Origin: Limisphaerales bacterium
GTDB lineage: Bacteria > Verrucomicrobiota > Verrucomicrobiia > Limisphaerales > SIBE01
Direction of reading: 5' to 3'
Assembly: GCA_044225505.1 (NCBI GenBank)
Contig: JBGAIN010000008.1
Coordinates: forward strand, 62,001 to 118,813
Length of the DNA stretch: 56,813 nt
Shown: positions 1 to 8,795 of the stretch, piece by piece
Layout of the letters: every line of letters starts with the position of its first letter
Position numbering within the stretch: the stretch's first letter is position 1
Notes under the pieces: model-generated
Database searches by the model: none
Told to the model about the DNA's origin: nothing
What the model saw: the letters and a program-made list of their open reading frames with translations, nothing else
Translations under genes and position numbers: made by a program

Positions 1-683
1 AGATAACCGAGCCAGCTCAGACCAGCGAGGAACGCCAAGGCGAAGGTCGTCGGTTCAGGCACCGCGGTGACGCGTGCCGAGAAGTTCGCCGTGACTTGTC
101 CGAGAACCGGATCATTGATCAAGTAGGTGTTCCAGGTCCCGTTGTTCTTCTGCCAGAAATCAGCGAAGCTCGTTCCGACCGTCGGCGGATCGTAGATGCG
201 CAAGCCCGCGATTTCACCGTTGTCGATACCGGTAAAGGTCACCGTCCAGGTGAAATTGTTCGGAGCCAGGAAAGGAGCGAAGCCAGAAGCATCCGCGACC
301 TGGAATCCTTTGTCCAACGTGAGCACTGGGCTGGTGTAGAGGACAGTTCCAGGCGTCGGAACGTCGAACGTCGAGCCTTCCACCGTTCGGCTGATCGTGG
401 GGCCGTCATTGGCTCGCAGAGTCAGCACCGCGGTTTCGTTTCCGCTCGCGTTTTGGCTTAGGAAATATTCAAATTGGAACCCAGTGACGAAGCGATCGCC
501 CGCCGCGAGGTTGATTTCGTCGCCGAACTCGACGCCATTGGGGTCGCCCGGGGGGATGTAAGTCCGATTTAGGTCGTTCAACGAGTTGTCGTAGACAGTG
601 CTAGCCAAACCCGAGGTGCAGAACGGCAGCAATGCGGACACGACCGCCAGAGATTTGATTAGTTTAGACGTAGTTCTCATCAT
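1..683 (-). CDS. PEP-CTERM sorting domain surface protein (3' end runs off the window)
   Basis: Manual translation; not in the ORF track. ATG at 683 after AAGGA gives MMRTTSKLIKSLAVSALLPFCTSGLASTVYDNS... (signal peptide) and ends ...ARVTAVPEPTTFALAFLAGLSWLGY, a VPEP motif plus TM helix. Confidence 0.9.
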   Translation of the reverse strand, partial: MMRTTSKLIKSLAVVSALLPFCTSGLASTVYDNSLNDLNRTYIPPGDPNGVEFGDEINLAAGDRFVTGFQFEYFLSQNASGNETAVLTLRANDGPTISRTVEGSTFDVPTPGTVLYTSPVLTLDKGFQVADASGFAPFLAPNNFTWTVTFTGIDNGEIAGLRIYDPPTVGTSFADFWQKNNGTWNTYLINDPVLGQVTANFSARVTAVPEPTTFALAFLAGLSWLGY

Positions 684-761
684 AGTCCTTGGGGTTTCAA
701 AACCGGTTTTTTTGCTGTTCGGTACCACGATTCAAGTCTTTCTCAGTTCAAGCGTGAAGCG

Positions 762-790
762 TTTGTATTAATTTCGGGCACTCGAGTCAA
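762..790 (-). promoter_or_regulatory. Candidate sigma70 promoter for the PEP-CTERM gene
   Basis: Minus strand TTGACT-N17-TACAAA about 80 nt upstream of the ATG at 683. Confidence 0.4.
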
Positions 791-1281
791 GCGATTTCTT
801 TTAAGTATTTGGCAACACGCAGCCGACGCGCTTCGTCAGAAGTTGTTGTAGCTGGTTCCCGATGGAAACTCCAGGACTTTTTAATAATTGATTGCTCGGA
901 GCCTGCGGCTTGTTCGTGGGGCCAAGGCTGGAAACACCGCCATTCTGCTCCGGTGAGCCCAGTACCGTCGGCTTCGTAACCCAATTAATTCAGGGGTGCG
1001 GAACCCGGTCTGCCGACCCCTTCTCGATTCCAAGCAAAGGTATTGCTCGACAACGCTCCTCGTGACTGGGTAAGAATTTATGTAAGAATTTGAGCACCAT
1101 TGATCCCAATCTGCCTTTTCCATGTTCCAAATCGGCCACCGGGCTGGATATGCCGGGGACTGTGTCCAGACGCCTCGCTGGCAAAAGCCGTTGGTTGCTG
1201 GCTGGAGAGATTGGAAGCGGTCGTGCCAACCCGCTTTACTGGATATGGGATTGGTTCGCCGGCCGCTGTGGAACCGCCCTG

Positions 1282-2487
1282 ATGGCTATTGCGATTTTCC
1301 TGGCTGGCCCGACCGGCCTCTATGCATTGGATGCCGAGGATCTGCTCGTATACCATAAAGGGCCTTTTACCGCTCGGCCTCAAATGTCGTTTTCGGAAGT
1401 TTACAACGACAACGTTTTTTACCAGGGCAGCGAGCAAGTTCGCGATTTCATTTCGATTCTGAGTCCAGGGATGGAATTTCAGTTGGGCAAACCGGAGCAC
1501 AATATGTTGCTCCTGACCTATGGACTAGATGAGCTGATCTATACCGAGAACCCAGACCTAAATGCCAGCCAGCACACCGTAAAACTCAAAAGCCAATTCG
1601 AAACCCAGCGATTGCGACTGGATGGCGAAGATCGTTTTCAGTTGCTTTCCAGTCCCTTGGGTGGGGTGGTTGAGCGAGTCGTGGGGCCGGACGGCGTGTT
1701 CACCCCAGTGCGACGGAATGTAGAACGCCTCACTTTTGACGACGGCTATACGCTTGCCTATGCCGCAGGAGAGAAAGCAACCATCTATCTTAGGGGATCT
1801 CACTATTCTACAGACTACCGCCAGACCATTGCCCTTTACGACATTGAGACGTTGACGGGCACAGGAGGGTTCGGTTATCGGGCCTTCCCTAAAACCGTGG
1901 TGTTTGGCGAAGTCTACTACAGTAGAACTACCACCGATCCGAACGATCCCCGCCTTGTCCTTAATCCCCGTTTAGACGCGATCGGCGGATATTTCGGGTT
2001 GCGTGGGAATTTTACCTCGAAACTCAGCGGTACGGCGAAGGTTGGATGGGAGCAAAGGGAATTTGCGGACGGGACCGGCGCCGACGGAAGTCCGGTTGTT
2101 GATCTTTCCCTGAGTCAGATGTTTTCGGAAAAGCAACTGCTCGCCCTGACTTACTCAAGGATGAGCACTGTTTCGGTGCAGTATAATCGTCAAACCTACA
2201 CGGCAGATTCCGTGGGCGTTCGGTTCACTCAGCTTCTCGGTGGCAGCCGGAAATGGCAAGTTGGCGTTGGGGCGACCTATTCTATGTATCAGTATGAGCG
2301 AACTCCACTGTCGACTGTGGCGACGGAGTATGATCTATTCCGAGGCTCGGTTAGCCTGGGTTACCAGGTCCAGCGTTGGCTATCAGCCGTTGTGGGATAC
2401 GATTTTGAGCGCGTCACCGGTAACTCTTCAGGAGTGATTGACTATACAGTCAACCGCGCTACTCTACGCTTGGCTATAGGGTATTAA
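1282..2487 (+). CDS. Outer-membrane beta-barrel protein of the polysaccharide export locus (start uncertain; frame open from 1090)
   Basis: Signal-like MAIAIFLAGPTGLYA; YNDNVF motif; alternating amphipathic strands; terminal aromatic residue (RLAIGY); directly upstream of the OPX and Wzc genes. Confidence 0.8.
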   Translation: MAIAIFLAGPTGLYALDAEDLLVYHKGPFTARPQMSFSEVYNDNVFYQGSEQVRDFISILSPGMEFQLGKPEHNMLLLTYGLDELIYTENPDLNASQHTVKLKSQFETQRLRLDGEDRFQLLSSPLGGVVERVVGPDGVFTPVRRNVERLTFDDGYTLAYAAGEKATIYLRGSHYSTDYRQTIALYDIETLTGTGGFGYRAFPKTVVFGEVYYSRTTTDPNDPRLVLNPRLDAIGGYFGLRGNFTSKLSGTAKVGWEQREFADGTGADGSPVVDLSLSQMFSEKQLLALTYSRMSTVSVQYNRQTYTADSVGVRFTQLLGGSRKWQVGVGATYSMYQYERTPLSTVATEYDLFRGSVSLGYQVQRWLSAVVGYDFERVTGNSSGVIDYTVNRATLRLAIGY

Positions 2488-2490
2488 GTT

Positions 2491-3066
2491 ATGAAGAAAG
2501 TCGATCTGTCGCTGGTAGCGACTGTTCTCCTTGCAATTCTCTTGTCGACGTTCGCTGTCCATGCAGCGGACGGAGATGACCGTCGAATCGCGCCTTCGGA
2601 TATTATTATCGTTGATGTTTTCGGTGAAAAAGACCTCAGCGGCGAACACCGGGTGCAACAGAGCGGAACAATCAAATACCCACTTTTAGGCAGCGTGGAC
2701 GTTGCCGGGAAAACCCCAAGCCAGGTCGCAGCGGTGTTGGCTGAGCGCCTAGGGGCCGATTACTTGATCGACCCGCAAGTCAATGTCATGGTCAAAGAAT
2801 ACCGCCTCCGCACCGTTTCGGTGATTGGTAAGGTCAATCGTGAAGGTGCGATCGATTTGCCGGCGGAGCAGAAGATCGATGTCCTGGAAGGAATTGCTAG
2901 GGCGGGAGGTTTTTCTGCAACGGCTAACAAGAACAGAATCGACCTGTCTCGGGCTGGAAAAACCACTACCTACAAGTTTGATGACCTCAAGAAAGTCAAG
3001 GAAGCTGAGAAGCGGATTTGGCTCGAACCTGGAGACGTGATTTACGTCCACGAATCCTTCTTTTGA
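2491..3066 (+). CDS. Polysaccharide export protein (short Wza/OPX: Poly_export + SLBB domains)
   Basis: IAPSDIIIVDVFGEKDLSGEHRVQQSGTIKYPLLGSVDVAGKT (PES motif); SLBB IARAGGF...LEPGDVIYVHESFF. Confidence 0.9.
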   Translation: MKKVDLSLVATVLLAILLSTFAVHAADGDDRRIAPSDIIIVDVFGEKDLSGEHRVQQSGTIKYPLLGSVDVAGKTPSQVAAVLAERLGADYLIDPQVNVMVKEYRLRTVSVIGKVNREGAIDLPAEQKIDVLEGIARAGGFSATANKNRIDLSRAGKTTTYKFDDLKKVKEAEKRIWLEPGDVIYVHESFF

Positions 3067-3077
3067 TCCGAGACTCT

Positions 3078-5270
3078 ATGGATACCCAGCCTTTACCTAC
3101 TGCTTTACCCACTGAGCAGAATAGCTCGCCAGAACAATCCATCAATCTCCGACATTACTGGCATGTCATATTGGAGCGCCGCTGGTTGGTAATTACGGCG
3201 TTCATCTCGATTTTTGTTCTCAGCCTCATCTACCTATTCAAGGCGACACCGATTTACCAGGCAACGGCCCGGCTTCAAATCGATCGAGAAGTTGATAATG
3301 TCTTGCGGTTAGAGGGTGTGACGTTTGGTACGAGCCAGGAGGAAAGCACCTATCTTCAAACTCAGTACAAGAATTTGTTGAACCGGCCACTAATCGAGTC
3401 CGTAATTCAGCGGCTGAAGCTTGATAAGGATGAGCGATATGCCAAGAAACTCGAAATTACTCGGGCGGTTGCTGATGATATCAGCATCGTTCCGATTCGG
3501 CTGAGCCGTCTGGTCGAGGTAAAAGCGGAACATCCCAATCCCCGAATGGCGGCTAACATCGCAAATACGCTCGTCACTAACTTTACGGAATGGCACATCG
3601 ATAAGAAACAGGCTTCTTCCATTGCTCTCGTGAATCAGCTCCGTACAGAAGCCGACACGGAAAAGGGTCGCCTCTCACAAGCGGAACAAGCGCTGCATAA
3701 ATACGCGCAGTCACACAATCAAGTCTCATTCGAGGAAAGCGAGAACATCGTATTGCAGGCGCTCCGCCAGTTGCAGGGAGAACATGCTCGCGCTCAGGCC
3801 GAGGTCGCTGCTGCGCAGAAGATCGTCGACAAAGCCAATGAGATCATGCGCGATAAAGCTCCGATCATCACCATCCCACAAGTCGCGAATAATCCCGCAA
3901 TTCAGGCATTGCAGAAGGAACTTGCCGTGGTCGAAGCGGAGTTTGCCGATCTGAAGATGCGTTATAAAAGCAAGCATCCTTACTATATTCGCGCAGAAGA
4001 GAAAATCGGCTCTGTTCGAGAGTCGATCAATGCACAAGCGGAGAATATCGTGGCGGCACTTCGGCACAACGCGGAGACAGCCAAAGCTACTGAACAAGAA
4101 TTTGCCGTTCTGGTAGACAACCAAAAGCAAGAGCAACTAAACGTGGCCAAGCTTCGAATCGAATACAGTGTCTTAAAACGCGAGGCCGAAGCAGCTGACA
4201 TTCTTTACAAGGCGGTTCTGGCGAAGATGAAGGAGACGGACATCACGAGCCACAACAAGATCAATAACATGACTGTGGTCGCCCCCGCGGCCGTGCCTTT
4301 GAAACCGATCAAACCTCGCATTATTTTGACAATTCTACTCGGGTTAGTAGGCGGATTGGGAATCGCGGTGGGATTGGCATTCTTTGTGAACTACCTCGAC
4401 GACTCGATCAAGAGTCAGGATGACGTTGAGACCTACCTGCGCATGCCCTTTCTGGGTTACGTCCCGAATATCAAGACAAACAGCGTTGTCGAACGTGATC
4501 TGCAAGCCCACCTCCATCCACAATCGAATGCCGCAGAAGGTTTCCGAACGCTGCGCGCGAGCATAGCGTTGACTCCAAAGTCAGACCGGTTTCACGTGCT
4601 TGCGGTCACGAGCACCATTCCCTCTGAAGGGAAGTCTTTGGTGGCTTCCAACTTAGCCATCGTGATGGCTCAAACGGGACTGAAAACCCTGCTGGTTGAC
4701 GCTGATCTTCGTCGACCGTCCGTGCATAAAGCTTATCAGTTGCACAGCCCGACGGGTCTTTCCTCATTCTTGACGAACGAAGTCGATTCTCTCACGCCGA
4801 TTGTTCACAAAACGGAAGTTCCTAACCTTGACGTCATTTGTTGCGGTGCAGTTCCGGCAAATCCATCGGAGTTGATCGGATCCAAACGGATGATGGACTT
4901 CCTTAAAGCCTCACGCGAGGGTTACGATCGAGTGATTCTTGACTCTCCGCCTATCTCCGCTGTCAGCGATCCATTGATTATCGCGGCAATGGCGGACGGA
5001 GTCGTGTTTGTCACCAAATTCAATAAGATCCGCCGCGAACACGCCCGGAAATCGATCCAACGGCTGCAGGATGCGGGTATCCATATTGTCGGTTTGGTGT
5101 TGAACGATATCGATTTCGAAGGAAAAGACTCTTACTACTACTCTTACTACTACTACCAGAATCGATACTACTCGAGTCATTACCGCAGCAATCCAGATAA
5201 AAAGAAAGAGCCGACCAAGGACAAAGAATCTGGAAGTGCGGTGGCTGGAAAAGAGCGCAACGGCCACTAG
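3078..5270 (+). CDS. wzc: Polysaccharide co-polymerase / BY tyrosine kinase (Wzc/GumC family)
   Basis: Two TM segments flanking a coiled-coil periplasmic region; Walker A STIPSEGKS, A' LLVDADLRRP, B VILDSPP; C-terminal Tyr cluster DSYYYSYYYYQNRYY. Confidence 0.93.
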   Translation: MDTQPLPTALPTEQNSSPEQSINLRHYWHVILERRWLVITAFISIFVLSLIYLFKATPIYQATARLQIDREVDNVLRLEGVTFGTSQEESTYLQTQYKNLLNRPLIESVIQRLKLDKDERYAKKLEITRAVADDISIVPIRLSRLVEVKAEHPNPRMAANIANTLVTNFTEWHIDKKQASSIALVNQLRTEADTEKGRLSQAEQALHKYAQSHNQVSFEESENIVLQALRQLQGEHARAQAEVAAAQKIVDKANEIMRDKAPIITIPQVANNPAIQALQKELAVVEAEFADLKMRYKSKHPYYIRAEEKIGSVRESINAQAENIVAALRHNAETAKATEQEFAVLVDNQKQEQLNVAKLRIEYSVLKREAEAADILYKAVLAKMKETDITSHNKINNMTVVAPAAVPLKPIKPRIILTILLGLVGGLGIAVGLAFFVNYLDDSIKSQDDVETYLRMPFLGYVPNIKTNSVVERDLQAHLHPQSNAAEGFRTLRASIALTPKSDRFHVLAVTSTIPSEGKSLVASNLAIVMAQTGLKTLLVDADLRRPSVHKAYQLHSPTGLSSFLTNEVDSLTPIVHKTEVPNLDVICCGAVPANPSELIGSKRMMDFLKASREGYDRVILDSPPISAVSDPLIIAAMADGVVFVTKFNKIRREHARKSIQRLQDAGIHIVGLVLNDIDFEGKDSYYYSYYYYQNRYYSSHYRSNPDKKKEPTKDKESGSAVAGKERNGH

Positions 5271-5298
5271 CGTGAAGGGCAGGACGCGGCGTTGCGAT

Positions 5299-5323
5299 TC
5301 AAGAGCCTACTTAAGGCTCTTGA
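5299..5323. terminator. Hairpin between convergent wzc and mtnP (possible bidirectional terminator)
   Basis: TCAAGAGCCT-ACTTA-AGGCTCTTGA, perfect 10-bp stem; no clear U-tract. Confidence 0.4.
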
Positions 5324-5410
5324 GGGCATTCTGCTACGCGGAATCGACCGGACCAAGAGCGGCGAGTCGTCACCCGTGACCTGACTCCATCCAATCGTAA
5401 TTCTGGCCTT

Positions 5411-6268
5411 TTATAAGTAATTCGCCAAGAGGGGTTTCAAAGTTCTCTTGGTTCTTGCAGGCCAATATCGCTTGTCTGTCAGAATGGCGTTCCTTAGCGC
5501 TTGGTGACACGAACATCCAGGCGCTTGAGGAATTTGAGTCACCGCGTAAGCAACAATTCTCTTAGCCTGCGCCGCGTTCCGCATAAGATTGGCTACCACC
5601 ATTTCGACCGTAACGTGCTTCTCATCGGTCTTCCAAGCGTCGTAATCGGTGACCATCGCCATCGTAGCGTAAGCAATTTCGGCTTCGCGCGCGCATTTCG
5701 CTTCGCCCAAATTGGTCATTCCAATGACGTCATAGCCCAGCCGACGATTTGTGATTGACTCGGCGCGCGTGCTGAATGCTGGCCCTTCCATATTCACGTA
5801 AGTGCCTCCATTGTGGACTCGGGCTTGCTGTTTTCGGCAGCTTGCTAATAAGACTTGGCGCAATTCTTCACAGATCGGATCCGCGAATGCCACATGAGCG
5901 ACGATACCTCGTCCGAAGAAGGTGTGTTCACTCGATTGTTTGGTGCGATCGAGGAACTGGTTTGGCAAGACAATGTCGCAGGGCTTATACTTGGCTTGCA
6001 GTGATCCAACCGCGCTCACGCTAATTGCCCAAGCGACGCCAAGCGACTTGAGAGCGTAGATATTCGCGCGATGGTTCAATTCGCTCGGCATGATGCGATG
6101 ACCTCGACCGTGGCGTGGCAAGAATACTACGGCTCTGCCAGAGAGTTCACCCGTCAGAAACGAGTCTGACGGTGGACCAAAAGGAGTCGTCACTTTGACC
6201 CACTTCTGCTTTGAAAAACCTTCCAATTGATAAAGGCCGCTACCGCCAATAATGGCAATTCGATTCAC
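5411..6268 (-). CDS. mtnP: S-methyl-5'-thioadenosine phosphorylase
   Basis: GTG start VNRIAIIGGSGLY; TPFGPPSD, FLPRHGRGH, EGPAFSTRAES, GMTNLGEA, MVTDYD motifs. Confidence 0.93.
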   Translation of the reverse strand: MNRIAIIGGSGLYQLEGFSKQKWVKVTTPFGPPSDSFLTGELSGRAVVFLPRHGRGHRIMPSELNHRANIYALKSLGVAWAISVSAVGSLQAKYKPCDIVLPNQFLDRTKQSSEHTFFGRGIVAHVAFADPICEELRQVLLASCRKQQARVHNGGTYVNMEGPAFSTRAESITNRRLGYDVIGMTNLGEAKCAREAEIAYATMAMVTDYDAWKTDEKHVTVEMVVANLMRNAAQAKRIVAYAVTQIPQAPGCSCHQALRNAILTDKRYWPARTKRTLKPLLANYL

Positions 6269-6449
6269 AGGTCTTAGGGGAGTATGTTGTCCAGTTGACG
6301 CGTTGGCGTCCGCGGAGATCAGGCACGCATTCGAGTTTAGTGAAGTTGGGTCCCGGAACTCAAGCATGTTCGAAGGTTCTGTGGTTGTCTGTGTGTCGCA
6401 CGACGCCGATTGACGTCGGCGTGGTCGGATCCTAGAGTTTCGGATCACC

Positions 6450-8792
6450 ATGAAAAATCTCGCTGCCGTAACGACCGCTACGCTCGTCTTGGCTTTGGTT
6501 GGGTTGATTCCATTTTCCATGCTCGCCGCGGAACCGCGGCCGATGCGCGTCGCGCCCTCCCTGGGGGACGCTCTCGAACTGCCGTCGCCTTCGTCCGTGA
6601 GCTTACACGGCTTTTTAGGCGCGCGAGTTGCAGCCAACACGACCAATCGGCTGGCGAAAGTCGACGTTGAACCTCTGCTGGCTGGATTCCGCAAGAAACC
6701 GGGCGTGCACCCGTGGATCGGTGAGCACATAGGGAAATGGATGCACGCAGCGACCTTGGCATGGGCCAACTCTGGCGACCCAGAGTTAAAGTCGAAGCTG
6801 GATTATGCGGCGGCCGAGTTAGTCAAAGCACAAGAACCGGATGGATATCTTGGAACCTATGTTCCGAAAAAGAGATTCGGGCTGTTCGAAGGATCCGATT
6901 GGGACGTGTGGTCCCACAAATACAATCTAATGGGCCTCCTGACGTACTATCAGTATACGGGCAATGAGCCAGCCCTGGCGGCTTCTAGGAAAATAGGAGA
7001 TTTGCTCGTTGCCACGTTCGGACCAGGCAAGAAAAGCATACTTTCTGCCGGAACGCACGTTGGAATGGCAGCCACGAGTGTTCTCGAGCCCATGGTGCTT
7101 CTGTACCGCTTCACCGCAGACGCGCGCTATCTTCAGTTCGCCGAGAGCATTGTTCGTTCGTGGGACGAAACCAACGGGCCGAAGGTGCTCGCGACACTTT
7201 TGGCGCAGAAAAATGTCCAGAAAACAGCAAACGGTAAAGCTTACGAGATGTTATCAAACTTGGTGGGGCTTTGTGAATTAGCTCGTGCTACTGGCAATCA
7301 AAGCTACCTCGAGGGTCCGCTTAGCGCATGGCAAGATGTCGTCGAGCATCGACTCTACCTGACAGGAAGTGCCAGCCAGGGCGAACATTTTAGAGAAGAC
7401 TTTTTTCTGCCTAATCAGGAGGGAGCGCACGTTGCAGAAACGTGTGTGACCACGACCTGGATTCAGCTCAACTCTCAATTGTTGCGGCTCACGGGCGAAG
7501 CTCGCTTTGCCGATGAGCTCGAAAAGACCTTCTACAATCATTTGGCCGCGGCTCAGCGGCCGGACGGTGCTCAATGGTGCTACTTTACCTCGCTCGAAGG
7601 CAAGAAGCCCTATGGCCCGGGCATCAACTGTTGCGTCTCGAGTGGTCCTCGCGGCATGGCGCTGGTTCCTCAACATACTTGGCTCGTGTCACATGTTGAC
7701 GAGACTGATGTTGTTGCCTTGAATTTGTGGGACAGCTCCCGATTCATGACCCCTATTAATGGATTTCAAGCGGTGCTGGAATTGCGGTCGGACTTTCCTA
7801 GAAACGGGGGAGCAATCCTGAAGTTGGGGCTCAAACAGCCCGCCCGTTTCGCACTTCGCTTTCGCGAGCCAGCCTGGGGAGCGCCTCTCCATGCTGAAGT
7901 AAATGGTAAAGTTCTGGAGTTGAAAAAAGACGGCAAAGGTTGGCTTGGTTTCCCGTCCCGCGAGTGGAAAGATGGTGACGAGGTGAGAATTGCGTTCAAC
8001 TTAGCGGGCCGTGCAATTCTGGGAGACCACGGCAACAAAGACAAGGCAGCGTTGATGTGGGGACCATTCGTTCTAGCTTATGACGATTCGAGGAATGAAG
8101 GGTTGCCTAAAGGACGCAGCGTTGGTCTGACTGCGCAGGACCGAACACCAGCCATTGCTCTCAAATACGGGAATGAACTCGCCTTCGTGGCTCGCTTGCG
8201 ATCGGCCGGTAAGGCTGATCCATTCGACTCGACGATCGTTCCGTTCGCCGACGCTGGACGTTCCGGCGCCCCTTACCGGGTTTGGCTAGGCGGCGCTGGT
8301 GTCACGTTGACCTCTAACCCCTCCGTGCTTTCGGATGGGGAAGAAAGTCGTTCGCGCCAGGGCAACCTGAACGGCTCAATCAATGACGGCGATCCAACCA
8401 CTTTCGTCGTGACTTACAATGGCAAGAATAGTGGAGAGGACTGGTTTGCGATTACGCTTGAGCAACCCGTCAACGTTGCACGCGTGGTGTTCACGCAAGG
8501 CCAACTATTCCATGATGGAGGCTGGTTTGATAGCAGCAGTGGTAAGCCGCAGGTACAAGTCCTGCGCGCCCGAGACGGGAAATGGGAGTCGGTTGCCGAG
8601 TTCACCGATTACCCTGTAACGTCCGCAACGGATCCCTCAACCTTAAGAATAACAAGCCAACCCACGTTCACTGCTCGCTTGCGAGAGCCAATTCTTGCCG
8701 TGGCGGTGCGAGTGATCGGAAAGCCGGCCTCCGGAGACAATCCTGGTCAGGCGTTCAGCTCGTGTGCCGAGTTGACGGCGTTTGCCGATTAA
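6450..8792 (+). CDS. Secreted GH127-family glycoside hydrolase (beta-L-arabinofuranosidase-like) with C-terminal F5/8-type domain
   Basis: Signal peptide; GEHIGKW, QEPDGYLGTY, AETC, NCCVSSGPRG motifs; discoidin-like C-terminal extension. Confidence 0.85.
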   Translation: MKNLAAVTTATLVLALVGLIPFSMLAAEPRPMRVAPSLGDALELPSPSSVSLHGFLGARVAANTTNRLAKVDVEPLLAGFRKKPGVHPWIGEHIGKWMHAATLAWANSGDPELKSKLDYAAAELVKAQEPDGYLGTYVPKKRFGLFEGSDWDVWSHKYNLMGLLTYYQYTGNEPALAASRKIGDLLVATFGPGKKSILSAGTHVGMAATSVLEPMVLLYRFTADARYLQFAESIVRSWDETNGPKVLATLLAQKNVQKTANGKAYEMLSNLVGLCELARATGNQSYLEGPLSAWQDVVEHRLYLTGSASQGEHFREDFFLPNQEGAHVAETCVTTTWIQLNSQLLRLTGEARFADELEKTFYNHLAAAQRPDGAQWCYFTSLEGKKPYGPGINCCVSSGPRGMALVPQHTWLVSHVDETDVVALNLWDSSRFMTPINGFQAVLELRSDFPRNGGAILKLGLKQPARFALRFREPAWGAPLHAEVNGKVLELKKDGKGWLGFPSREWKDGDEVRIAFNLAGRAILGDHGNKDKAALMWGPFVLAYDDSRNEGLPKGRSVGLTAQDRTPAIALKYGNELAFVARLRSAGKADPFDSTIVPFADAGRSGAPYRVWLGGAGVTLTSNPSVLSDGEESRSRQGNLNGSINDGDPTTFVVTYNGKNSGEDWFAITLEQPVNVARVVFTQGQLFHDGGWFDSSSGKPQVQVLRARDGKWESVAEFTDYPVTSATDPSTLRITSQPTFTARLREPILAVAVRVIGKPASGDNPGQAFSSCAELTAFAD

Positions 8793-8795
8793 CAA

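Noticed and set aside
96..461. 121-aa + strand ORF from the track
   Set aside because: Shadow of the minus-strand PEP-CTERM gene; no recognisable motif.
5130..5185. TAC-rich microsatellite-like run
   Set aside because: It encodes the normal Wzc autophosphorylation Tyr cluster.
6269..6769. Long N-terminal extension of mtnP in the ORF track
   Set aside because: It overlaps the divergent GH127 gene; homology begins at GTG 6268.
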